32,000 bases of DNA from Archangium gephyra (GTDB lineage: Bacteria; Myxococcota; Myxococcia; Myxococcales; Myxococcaceae), in assembly GCA_943370055.1 (NCBI GenBank), contig CALRPN020000001.1, forward strand, positions 31,199 through 63,198. The letters run 5' to 3'. A program made the translations under genes and the position numbers. The notes beneath the pieces are model-generated. The model saw only the letters and a list, made by a program, of their open reading frames with translations, did not search any database and had not been told where the DNA came from. Numbering within the stretch: position 1 is the first letter of the stretch; every line of letters starts with the position of its first letter. Positions 19,933 through 27,432 of this stretch are shown here, piece by piece.

Positions 19933-20301
19933 ATGAAGCTCGACCTCACTCGATGGCGGGAGGCGCTCGTGCGCTTCGAAGCCGAACTCAAGCACTTGAA
20001 GAAGCAGCGTCGGCAACCCCGAGAGCCCGGAGAGTCATTCGACTACGCGCCGCTGCTGCTCGCCAAAGCGGAGGTCACGCGCTTGTACTGCCTGCGCAGG
20101 CATCTCAAGGGGAAGCTGCACGCATCAGGAGAACTCCGACGCGTCGTGCTCTCCTTGGCGGGCAGTCCCTTCACGCAGGCGCACGTGGTGACCGACCTCG
20201 CGACCCAGGAAGCGCTCGTGCGCTCAATTGATGGCTGGGCGGAGTCGTTCCTCCTCGATGTTCCACCTGCAACCGAAGCCACTCCGCGGCCAACGGGCTA
20301 A
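19933..20301 (+). CDS. Hypothetical protein
   Basis: AGGAGAA lies 5 nt upstream of the ATG. 122 aa, basic and helical (..RFEAELKHLKKQRRQPREPGE..). No family recognised. Confidence 0.6.
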   Translation: MKLDLTRWREALVRFEAELKHLKKQRRQPREPGESFDYAPLLLAKAEVTRLYCLRRHLKGKLHASGELRRVVLSLAGSPFTQAHVVTDLATQEALVRSIDGWAESFLLDVPPATEATPRPTG

Positions 20302-20313
20302 CTTGTCGTCGAA

Positions 20314-20389
20314 GGCTCCGTAGCTCCAATTGGCAGAGCGCCCGGAGTAATGACCCGGGAGGTTGCGGGTTCAAGTCCCGCCGGGGTCA
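20314..20389 (+). tRNA. tRNA-like gene with non-canonical 9-nt anticodon loop (possible pseudo-tRNA or unusual decoder)
   Basis: Cloverleaf folded by hand: acceptor GGCTCCG/CGGGGTC (two G-U pairs); D arm GCTC-CAATTGGCA-GAGC; anticodon stem CCCGG/CCGGG enclosing AGTAATGAC; variable AGGTT; T arm GCGGG-TTCAAGT-CCCGC; discriminator A; no encoded CCA. Confidence 0.5.
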
Positions 20390-20400
20390 CTCAACAGTCC

Positions 20401-20666
20401 ATGACCGAGACGTTCAACGTCACGAAGGCCGACGCTGTCGCAGAGAGAGCCCCTCGGTGGTGAGCCCTAGCATCGAGTGGGTGCCCGACTACTGGAAGGC
20501 CGACCCCGACCGGCTCGACGACATCGTGCGCATCGGAGGCGCGCTACTGTCGCGCCCAGACGCAGCCGAGGGCGGCGTCTCCGCGCTCCCGAACTTCATG
20601 CAGGACGCCGTCGCGCTCTGGGTCGACTACTTCGGTGGCCGCCCTTGGCGAAACGCTGCGGCGTAG
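20401..20666 (+). pseudogene. Decayed duplicate of the glycosyltransferase 3' end
   Basis: It aligns base-for-base with 19215..19484 (ATGACCGAGAC[C/G]TTCAACGTCACGA..). A 1-nt deletion (GCAGAAGGAGTCCCC vs GCAGAGAGAGCCCC) creates an early TGA. The last ~100 nt are diverged at the DNA level but keep the same protein architecture. Confidence 0.8.
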
Positions 20667-20857
20667 GTGCGGGCGCCGGAGTTCGCTTGAACCGAGTATC
20701 GTCTCAAGGGCACAACGCTCGACGGGACCGGGTGATGAACAACAATCAGAGCAAGGCCCGCATCGACGTCTTGTTGGGCGCGCTAGCCCTGCAGTCGCAC
20801 GACGGTCCGTTGCGGCCCGAAGTTGTGCAACTGCTGGCCGCGGAGTGAGGGCGGGCG

Positions 20858-21547
20858 ATGCGACTCGTGACTTGGAACTGCAGAATGGCGGTGCACAAGA
20901 AGATCGCGGCGCTGCGGGAACTCAACCCCGACGTGGCGGTCGTTCAGGAGTGCGCGGAAGATTCGGTGCCTGCTGCGGCACCTGCCTACGAAGGCTGCAC
21001 GAGCAAGGCTTGGAGCGGGCCCGGGCCCAGGAAGGGCCTGGCGATACTGGCATTCGGCGATACCTCGTTCTCCCTCGTCTCGAAGTCCGGTACCGCCATC
21101 GCTGTACGAGTGACGAGCAGATCGCTTGTCTTCAACCTCTTGGCCAAATGGGCGTGGGCGAAATCGCCGTCGCTCTCCCGGTACGTGAAAGACGTGCGCT
21201 CGTCCCTCGACGAGCACGAGACGTTTCTTCGAGAGGGTCCTTCGGTGCTTGCTGGCGACCTCAATAGCGGAGGGGTGTTCGACAAGCTGACCGGCGCCGC
21301 TCACGCGAAGCTCGTCAACCAACTTCAGAAGCTGGGCCTGACGAGCGCGTACCATTCGCACTTCAGCGAGGCGCACGGCGAGGAATCGCGGAAGACCTTC
21401 TTTCGAGGCAAGCCGGCCGGGCAATTCCACATCGACTACGTGTTCCTTCCGGACGAATGGGCACGGCGAGCGACGGTCGAAATCCCCCAACCAGAACCCT
21501 GGCTCAAACTCAGTGACCACGTGCCGGTGATCGTGGACATCGACTGA
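20858..21547 (+). CDS. Endonuclease/exonuclease/phosphatase (EEP) family protein
   Basis: MRLVTWNC.., ..VAVVQEC.., ..VLAGDLNS.., ..HIDYVF.., ..LSDHVPVIVDI follow the conserved EEP motif order. Confidence 0.8.
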   Translation: MRLVTWNCRMAVHKKIAALRELNPDVAVVQECAEDSVPAAAPAYEGCTSKAWSGPGPRKGLAILAFGDTSFSLVSKSGTAIAVRVTSRSLVFNLLAKWAWAKSPSLSRYVKDVRSSLDEHETFLREGPSVLAGDLNSGGVFDKLTGAAHAKLVNQLQKLGLTSAYHSHFSEAHGEESRKTFFRGKPAGQFHIDYVFLPDEWARRATVEIPQPEPWLKLSDHVPVIVDID

Positions 21548-21587
21548 GTCCCCGAGAGGGGCTGACCAGCGCTTTGGAACCAGGCGC

Positions 21588-23483
21588 ATGGCCGACAGGC
21601 TCGACTACTACTTCCGGCAGCGCGTCACCGAGGCGGAGCTCGACCTCGGCTTCAGCCTGCTCGAGAGGGCACTCCACAACCTCGCCGCCGACCTGCGCAT
21701 CTACGGCGTCGTCTCGGGCGGAGTCCCGTCGCCGCACTCGCCCGTCCCCGACCTCTCCATCGACCTGACCGCGCCCGCGCGCGCGTACGACAACCTCGGC
21801 CAGCGGCTCTTCTTCGGCACCGGGCAGACCGTGGACTGCTCGACGGACCTCTCGGGCATCCCCACCGACGTCTCGACCGCCAGCAACGAGCGCTGGCTCG
21901 GCGTGTTCCTCCGCTTCAAGCGGCTGCTCTCAGACCCGCGCACGGACGGCAACTCGCAGCAGGTCTTCTTTCGCCGAGACGAGTCGTTCGAGCTCGTGGT
22001 GCGACAGGCCGCAGAGGGAGCGGCAGGCATCGCACCGAAGATGGCGCTGCAGCCCGACGAACTGCTCCTCTGCGACGTGCGCCGACGGCCTGGGCAGACG
22101 CAAATCGTCACCACCGACATCGACACCTCGCGGCGCCAGGCGTTCGTCTTCGTGCAGGGCAGCTCGGTCGGCATCACGACGGTGGGCTGGAACTCGCTGA
22201 CGCCCGGCGCTCCCACGGTGCAGGCCGCGCTCGACGCCATCGACGATGTGCTGACCGACCACTTCGACGGCACCGCACACCGGCACGCCGCGACCAAGGT
22301 CGACTACGCGCCCCACGGGATGGTGGCGGCGAACACGGTGCAAGGCGCCATCGACGAACTGGTCGACGACCTCAGTGGAGTGGGTGGCTCCGCAGCAGTC
22401 GGCGCTGGCGGAGTGCCCGGCAATCCGAACCCGCTCGCGCCTGGCTCGGTCGCTTCGCAGCTCGGCGCCTTGTTGGCGCTGTTGAATGGCCACGTGGCAG
22501 CCGTCTCCGATGCGCACGCGGCGAGCGCCATCTCGGCCACGCCGCACAGCTACATCACGACGACGAGTGTTCAAGCGCAGCTCCAGAGCCTGGTTGCGGC
22601 GCTCGCAGACCAGACCGTCGCGGACGCGGGAGCGACTCGCATCGGCTCGATGCCCTTCGTTGGTTCGCCTGTCGCGCTCGCAGCCAAGACGGTCGCGGGC
22701 CAGCTCTTCGACCTGCTGACTGCGCACAACGCGCACCTCAACGAGCTCTTCGCAGCACACCCTGCGAACACCATCACCGTCCAGGACGCAGCGAATCGTC
22801 TCAACGCGGGCAACACCGAAGACGCGCTCGCGGAGCTGGTCACCATCGCCGGCGCCGACCACTACCGCGCGAACGAGGCTGTTCCGGCGGGCATGCACCG
22901 CACCATTCGTCAGCCGCCTTTCTCCGGGAGCACGAAGGCGCTCCTGTGGGACGCGCAAGGCACCGGAGCGGGCGTCGCGCGCTTCCGCATCTACCTCGAT
23001 GGCGACTCGCTCTGGCTCACGATGAACGCGAGCTGGAATGGAACGCTGTGGGTGAAGCAGTCGCCCGGCAACGCGGCGGCGCTGAGGCTGAGCCGGAACA
23101 CCTTCGAGCTCGTCCACGAAGGAACGCCGGCGACGCAGTTCTCGCTGTGGACGCGAACGTGGAGGCTCCCCATCGACAGCAACGCGGTGAACTCGGCCTT
23201 CGAGCTCAGCGGCTCGGTGCGCGAGACCGGCTACTGCGGGGCGAAGATGTACAACCCCACCGGCGGCGCGCAGTTCATGATGCTGGGGAACGTCGTGAAC
23301 TTCCGCAGCCGTTTCCCTGCGGCGCCGTCGTCGATCACCCTCGCGGTGCGCGACGCGAGCGGAGGAGCGCCCAGCACCGTCGTCCAGAACGTCACCCGCG
23401 ACGGCTTCGCGTTCACCATCAGCGGCAACGTCGGAAGCAACAACTGGTCGTACTGGTACGGCGACTACACCGCCATCGCGTGA
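21588..23483 (+). CDS. Tail fibre / receptor-binding protein, C-terminus possibly H-type-lectin-like
   Basis: 631 aa, Ala/Gly/Thr-rich, located after the baseplate genes. The C-terminal ..FRSRFPAAPSSITLAVRDASGGAPSTVVQNVTRDGFAFTISG.. resembles H_lectin topology. That resemblance is inference. Confidence 0.65.
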   Translation: MADRLDYYFRQRVTEAELDLGFSLLERALHNLAADLRIYGVVSGGVPSPHSPVPDLSIDLTAPARAYDNLGQRLFFGTGQTVDCSTDLSGIPTDVSTASNERWLGVFLRFKRLLSDPRTDGNSQQVFFRRDESFELVVRQAAEGAAGIAPKMALQPDELLLCDVRRRPGQTQIVTTDIDTSRRQAFVFVQGSSVGITTVGWNSLTPGAPTVQAALDAIDDVLTDHFDGTAHRHAATKVDYAPHGMVAANTVQGAIDELVDDLSGVGGSAAVGAGGVPGNPNPLAPGSVASQLGALLALLNGHVAAVSDAHAASAISATPHSYITTTSVQAQLQSLVAALADQTVADAGATRIGSMPFVGSPVALAAKTVAGQLFDLLTAHNAHLNELFAAHPANTITVQDAANRLNAGNTEDALAELVTIAGADHYRANEAVPAGMHRTIRQPPFSGSTKALLWDAQGTGAGVARFRIYLDGDSLWLTMNASWNGTLWVKQSPGNAAALRLSRNTFELVHEGTPATQFSLWTRTWRLPIDSNAVNSAFELSGSVRETGYCGAKMYNPTGGAQFMMLGNVVNFRSRFPAAPSSITLAVRDASGGAPSTVVQNVTRDGFAFTISGNVGSNNWSYWYGDYTAIA

Positions 23484-23490
23484 GGCACGC

Positions 23491-23895
23491 ATGCCCATCG
23501 AAGAGCTCAACGGCGAAGAGGTGCTCCAGCGGTGCTCGATGTGCCAGACGGCGACGCGCTCGAAGTTGGCGACGCTCTCGCTCGGCGTGGGGAGCGCCGT
23601 GGCCGACGACCTCGACGGTCGTGTCGTGCGCCTGCCGCCGTGTCCCAATTGCGAGGCAGAGGAGTTCCTCATTCGCTCGGCGGCCGCTCCGACTTCAGCG
23701 CCGAAGAGCTACGGAGACCTCCATCGGCTGCTCGTCGACCAACTCCACGCCTCGCTGGCGAAGCAGGGTCGCTTCGACGCCCGCCTCGCAGCGCCGGTGC
23801 TGACCGACGCCGACCCACTCGTCGTGAAGGAGTTCTTCCCCGACGGCCTGAAGCTCCTCGCCCAGCCCTTTGAAAAGCTCGACCCGGCCGACTGA
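23491..23895 (+). CDS. Hypothetical Zn-ribbon protein, possible fibre accessory/assembly factor
   Basis: GAGG lies 5 nt upstream of the ATG. CSMC ... CPNC pairs are present. It sits immediately after the fibre gene. Confidence 0.55.
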   Translation: MPIEELNGEEVLQRCSMCQTATRSKLATLSLGVGSAVADDLDGRVVRLPPCPNCEAEEFLIRSAAAPTSAPKSYGDLHRLLVDQLHASLAKQGRFDARLAAPVLTDADPLVVKEFFPDGLKLLAQPFEKLDPAD

Positions 23896-24009
23896 AGCCA
23901 TCATTCGACGTCGCCATCGCTTCTTCGACTTGAGCTGTCTTTGAAAAGAAGGATGTATGGCTTTGCGAGCCGGGCGCCCAGAAGGCCACCACCCGGGCGG
24001 AGTCGAAAC

Positions 24010-24276
24010 ATGAAGGTGAATGAATTGATTGCCGTCTTGAAGGAACTCGAGCCCAACGCGCAGGTCCTCATCGCGTCGCAGCCGAACTGGCCGTTCGAAA
24101 TTGAACTCTCCGGCGTGGTGACCCGCGCCGAGTGTGATGAGCCCGACGATGAAGGCAACGTGGAGGCGAAGGCGTCGACCAGCGACCTCCCGCCCACTGA
24201 CGTCTTCCTCGTCGAGGGCCAGCAGCTTCGGTACGGCTCGAAGACGCCGTTCCGCCTGGCGAGGAAGCACCGATGA
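24010..24276 (+). CDS. Small hypothetical phage-type protein
   Basis: GGAG lies 8 nt upstream of ATG 24010 (MKVNELIAVLKELEPNAQVLIASQPNWPFE..). The longer ORF from 23941 has an Arg/Pro-rich leader, judged non-coding. Confidence 0.6.
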   Translation: MKVNELIAVLKELEPNAQVLIASQPNWPFEIELSGVVTRAECDEPDDEGNVEAKASTSDLPPTDVFLVEGQQLRYGSKTPFRLARKHR

Positions 24277-24443
24277 ACGAGGTGCTCGCCGACATCGCGA
24301 AGCGGGTGCTGAGCATCGAGACGCTCGAGACGCGCAAGATGGACTCGCTCGACTTCCACGACGTCGCGGTGTGGCAGGTGAAGAAGGCGCTCGAGGCCGC
24401 GTACCGAGCCGGCGCCGCGTCCGTGACGACTTCCACGAAGTGA
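24273..24443 (+). CDS. Small conserved-looking protein (56 aa), paralogue of 25026..25250
   Basis: It is below the ORF-track size cutoff and was translated by hand: MNEVLADIAKRVLSIETLETRKMDSLDFHDVAVWQVKKALEAAYRAGAASVTTSTK. ATGA overlap with the upstream gene. Confidence 0.55.
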   Translation: MNEVLADIAKRVLSIETLETRKMDSLDFHDVAVWQVKKALEAAYRAGAASVTTSTK

Positions 24444-24519
24444 TTCCCCAACACCCTCGGCTGCGAACGGGCCCGTGCCCGAGGGAGACGTGTACCCAGC
24501 GCCCGACGAGGTGATGCAC

Positions 24520-25023
24520 ATGGCAACGAAGGACAAGCTGGACGCGCTGCGACTCCCTGAGCTCCAGGCGCGCTTCAAGGTAGTCGTGGGCGAGACGACG
24601 AAGAGCCCCAACCGCACGTTCCTCATTCGTCGCATCGAAGAGGCGCTCGCGAAGAAGGCCGAGGCGAAGCCGCGCGGTCGCTTCAAGGAACTCTCGGTCG
24701 AGGAGCTGCGCGCGAAGTACGTGGAGGTCGTCGGTCGCCCGAGCGGCTCCTCGTCGAAGCCGTACCTGGTCTGGAAGATTCGCGAGGCCGAGAAGGGTCA
24801 CGTGACCGTCGGTCCGCGCGCATCACGACGGCGCGAAGGCGAGCCCACCGACATGCGAATCCTCCCGCTGCGGCTCGAGGCCGGAGTCGTCGACAAGATG
24901 GACGACGCGTGGCGCAAGCGGGACATCCCGAACCGCATGGAGTTCTTCCGACGTGCGCTCGGCCACTACCTCAAGCACCTCGGCGCCACCGACGCCGCAC
25001 GCGCGTTCGCGCAGGAGGCGTGA
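24520..25023 (+). CDS. DUF2924-like (two repeats) protein with C-terminal ribbon-helix-helix-like segment
   Basis: LQARFKVVVGETTKSPNRTFLIRRIEEAL and LRAKYVEVVGRPSGSSSKPYLVWKIREAEKG resemble the DUF2924 signature. The C-terminal ..MRILPLRLEAGVVDKMDDAWRK..IPNRMEFFRRALGHYL is CopG/RHH-like. GAGGTG lies 6 nt upstream of ATG 24520. Confidence 0.65.
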   Translation: MATKDKLDALRLPELQARFKVVVGETTKSPNRTFLIRRIEEALAKKAEAKPRGRFKELSVEELRAKYVEVVGRPSGSSSKPYLVWKIREAEKGHVTVGPRASRRREGEPTDMRILPLRLEAGVVDKMDDAWRKRDIPNRMEFFRRALGHYLKHLGATDAARAFAQEA

Positions 25024-25025
25024 CG

Positions 25026-25250
25026 ATGGCTGCTCCGCGAAGCTCAGAGGTCGCGCTCTCCATCGCGCGCAGGTTCCTAGACGTCGAAGACTTCGAGGTC
25101 GACGCCACCGACCTCGCGGGGCTCGCGGTGTGGTGCCCCAAGGAGTCGCTCCGCGCGGCACTGATGGCCGCGTTCAGGGCCGGAAGACGCGCCGGTCACC
25201 CGCGCCGAAGAGCCCCGAATTGGCGCAATTCCGGGCGGCCGAGGCGGTAA
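25026..25250 (+). CDS. Small hypothetical protein, paralogue of 24273..24443
   Basis: It starts 2 nt after the previous stop. ..[37 protein letters not shown].. shares D-F-x-V/D...VAVW...AL.AA(F/Y)RAG with the 56-aa ORF. Confidence 0.5.
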   Translation: MAAPRSSEVALSIARRFLDVEDFEVDATDLAGLAVWCPKESLRAALMAAFRAGRRAGHPRRRAPNWRNSGRPRR

Positions 25251-25383
25251 CTCCGCGGAACGTCGCGTCACTCCAAAGTCTCGAAATTACATCGGAATTC
25301 GACTTCTTCCGCTTGCTGAGTCGGCCAGAAGGAAGCGTGTATGTCCCTCGCCGCGACACCAGCGCGGCGGAACGGGATCGCAC

Positions 25384-26310
25384 TTGAAGACGCTGCGCTA
25401 CGGCATCGAAATCGAAACGGTGGGCCTCAACCGGGAGCGCCTCGCGCGGGCCATCCAGACGGTGACGGGAGGCGAGGCGGTGAACGAGGGGCGCGGTTGG
25501 CGGGTGACCGACGCGACGGGCCGGGCGTGGCAGGTGGTGCCCGATGGCAGCCTCAGCGGCGGAGAGCAGAGCGGCGAAATCGTCTCGCCGGTCCTCACCT
25601 ACGCGGACCTCGACACGCTGCAGAACATCATCCGCGCCGTCCGCACGGCGGGGGCTCGCGCAGACCACTCCACGGGAATTCACATTCACATCGACGGCGC
25701 GCGCTTCGACGCGAAGAGCACCACCAACCTCGTGAAGAACGTCCACAAGCAGGAGCGGCTCCTCGAGCACGCCCTCGGCGTCAGCGAGACGCGGCTGCAG
25801 CGGTACTGCCGCCCCATCGACCCGGCCTTCATCGAGCGGCTCGAAGCGCGCCGCCCGCGCACGATGCGCGAGTTGAGCGAGGCCTGGTACGGCCGCAGCA
25901 ACCCGAACCCGCAGCGGTACGACTCCTCGCGGTACCACGGGCTCAACCTCAACAGCCTCTTCTTCCGAGGCACGATCGAGTTCAGGTACTTCAACGGCAG
26001 CCTTCACGCTGGCGAGGTGAAGGCCTACCTGCAGTTGGTGCTCGCGATGGCTGCGAAGGCGCTCGGCTCGAAGGCCGCCTCCAGCAAGCGGCGCGAGTTC
26101 AACGTTGCCACCGCGAAGTACGACTTCCGCGTGTTTCTCCTCGGGCTCGGCCTCATCGGAGACGAGTTCAAGACGGCGCGGCTGCACCTCACGAAGCGCC
26201 TCGCGGGGAGCGCGGCGTGGAAGGGCGAGCGCCGAGACCGCCCTGCGGCGCAGGCGCCCGAGGCCACCACCAACACCGAGACGCCGCCTGCCACCCCGGT
26301 GGCGGCATGA
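25384..26310 (+). CDS. Amidoligase_2-type (glutamine-synthetase-like COOH-NH2 ligase) protein
   Basis: ..[11 protein letters not shown].., ..GEIVSPVL.., ..[10 protein letters not shown].., ..[23 protein letters not shown].. follow the motif order I associate with Pfam PF12224. The only in-frame start near the conserved N-terminus is TTG. Confidence 0.75.
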   Translation: MKTLRYGIEIETVGLNRERLARAIQTVTGGEAVNEGRGWRVTDATGRAWQVVPDGSLSGGEQSGEIVSPVLTYADLDTLQNIIRAVRTAGARADHSTGIHIHIDGARFDAKSTTNLVKNVHKQERLLEHALGVSETRLQRYCRPIDPAFIERLEARRPRTMRELSEAWYGRSNPNPQRYDSSRYHGLNLNSLFFRGTIEFRYFNGSLHAGEVKAYLQLVLAMAAKALGSKAASSKRREFNVATAKYDFRVFLLGLGLIGDEFKTARLHLTKRLAGSAAWKGERRDRPAAQAPEATTNTETPPATPVAA

Positions 26311-26627
26311 AGGAGAGGAACGTGAAGGCCTACCGAGTCACTCTGGCGCGGAGCCAGTACGGGCACGCTGAGCCGCGCATCGAAGTGAAGTTTGCGCGGG
26401 GCACCAGCTTCCGAAGAATCCACGCGGCGCTTCACCTGCTGGCCGCTGCGGTCGAATTGGCGACGCCGGAAGCCGAGGGATGGATTGCGCAGATGGTCGC
26501 AGCGAGCGCGGACAACGCGGGCTGGGTCTACCTCGAGTTGCTCCACGCGACCGACGACGAGGCGCAGCGGGGGCTCGCGGTGCTCCAGCGCGTCACCACC
26601 GAGCAGTACGATGGAGCGCGCGCATGA
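26307..26627 (+). CDS. Hypothetical protein coupled between the ligase and the cyclotransferases
   Basis: ATGA overlaps at both ends (26307-26310 and 26624-26627). 106 aa. No family recognised. Confidence 0.55.
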   Translation: MKERNVKAYRVTLARSQYGHAEPRIEVKFARGTSFRRIHAALHLLAAAVELATPEAEGWIAQMVAASADNAGWVYLELLHATDDEAQRGLAVLQRVTTEQYDGARA

Positions 26628-27070
26628 AGACGGTCCTCTACTTCGCCTACGGCTCGAACCTCGACGAGGGGCAGATGCTGGAGCGCTGCCCCGGCGCGAA
26701 GTCGATGGGCCACGCGACGCTGCCGAACCACGCGCTGACCTTCGGAGGCTTCAGCCACAAGTGGAGCAGCGCGGTCGCAAGCGTGCGGCGCGCGCCCGGC
26801 GAGCGCGTCGAGGGAGTGCTCTACCGGTTGTCCGCCGACGACCTCGACCGGCTCGACCGCGCCGAGGGCCACCCGCACGCCTACGTGCGCGAGACGCGCT
26901 TCGTGGTGACGAAGGACGCACGGCGCCTGGCCCACGTGTACCTCCAGCCGGAGGAGACTTTCGAGGCCTGGACTCCGCAGCCGAAGTACTTAGCGGTGCT
27001 CGCGCGCGAGTACGCGCGGCGGGGCTTCGAGCTCGAGCGGCTGGTCGCAGCCATCGGAGGCGCATCGTGA
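26624..27070 (+). CDS. Gamma-glutamylcyclotransferase (GGCT/AIG2-like), YGSN type
   Basis: [23 protein letters not shown].. and ..[13 protein letters not shown].. (candidate catalytic Glu). Confidence 0.8.
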   Translation: MKTVLYFAYGSNLDEGQMLERCPGAKSMGHATLPNHALTFGGFSHKWSSAVASVRRAPGERVEGVLYRLSADDLDRLDRAEGHPHAYVRETRFVVTKDARRLAHVYLQPEETFEAWTPQPKYLAVLAREYARRGFELERLVAAIGGAS

Positions 27071-27432
27071 CGCGCGTGTTCGTCTACGGGACGCTGCTCG
27101 CGGGTGAGCCGAACCACCGCCTGCTCGCGAACGCCGAGTTGGTCGGAGCGGCCGTCACGAAGCCCGTGTTCGCGCTCGCTGACCTGGGCTTCTTCCCGGC
27201 GATGGTCGAGGGCGGCGACGCCGCTGTCCGCGGCGAGGTCTACGAGGTCGACCCACCGACGCTCGCGCGCCTCGACGTCCTCGAGGGGCATCCACGTTTC
27301 TATCGACGCCGGCGGGTTGTTCTCGCCGACGGCACTACTGCTGAAACCTACGTCCTCTCGCCCGAGCAGGCCGCAGGTCGACCCACCATCAGCTCGGGCG
27401 ATTGGCGCGCGCGCCAGGGAGCGAAGTCATGA
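27067..27432 (+). CDS. Gamma-glutamylcyclotransferase-like (AIG2/GGACT type), YGTL type
   Basis: The GTG start overlaps the upstream TGA (GTGA). [17 protein letters not shown].. and ..[13 protein letters not shown].. parallel the upstream paralogue. Confidence 0.75.
   Translation: MTRVFVYGTLLAGEPNHRLLANAELVGAAVTKPVFALADLGFFPAMVEGGDAAVRGEVYEVDPPTLARLDVLEGHPRFYRRRRVVLADGTTAETYVLSPEQAAGRPTISSGDWRARQGAKS

Noticed and set aside
19215-20666. Diversity-generating retroelement (template/variable repeat) as the explanation for the duplicated GT 3' end
   Set aside because: Mismatches between the copies involve all base types (C/G, C/A, G/T, C/T) rather than adenine-specific changes. There is an indel. 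No reverse transcriptase gene is present in the window.
20736-20849. 37-aa ORF (MNNNQSKARIDVLLGALALQSHDGPLRPEVVQLLAAE) just upstream of the EEP gene
   Set aside because: It is too short, has no motif and only a weak RBS-like G-run. It cannot be supported from sequence alone, though it could be a leader peptide.
25341-26306. Leading part of the 428-aa frame-0 ORF, and similarly 26392..27066 of the 346-aa ORF
   Set aside because: These are extremely Arg/Pro/Ala-rich and overlap the amidoligase or GGCT genes in another frame. Only the 3' portions that begin at ATGA/GTGA junctions were kept as genes.
26641-26660. GGCTCGAACC shared between the GGCT gene and the tRNA-Asn T-arm region, considered as a possible att repeat
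   Set aside because: The match is only ~10-11 nt, lies inside the codons for the conserved YGSNL motif, and does not extend into the tRNA 3' end. It is judged coincidental.
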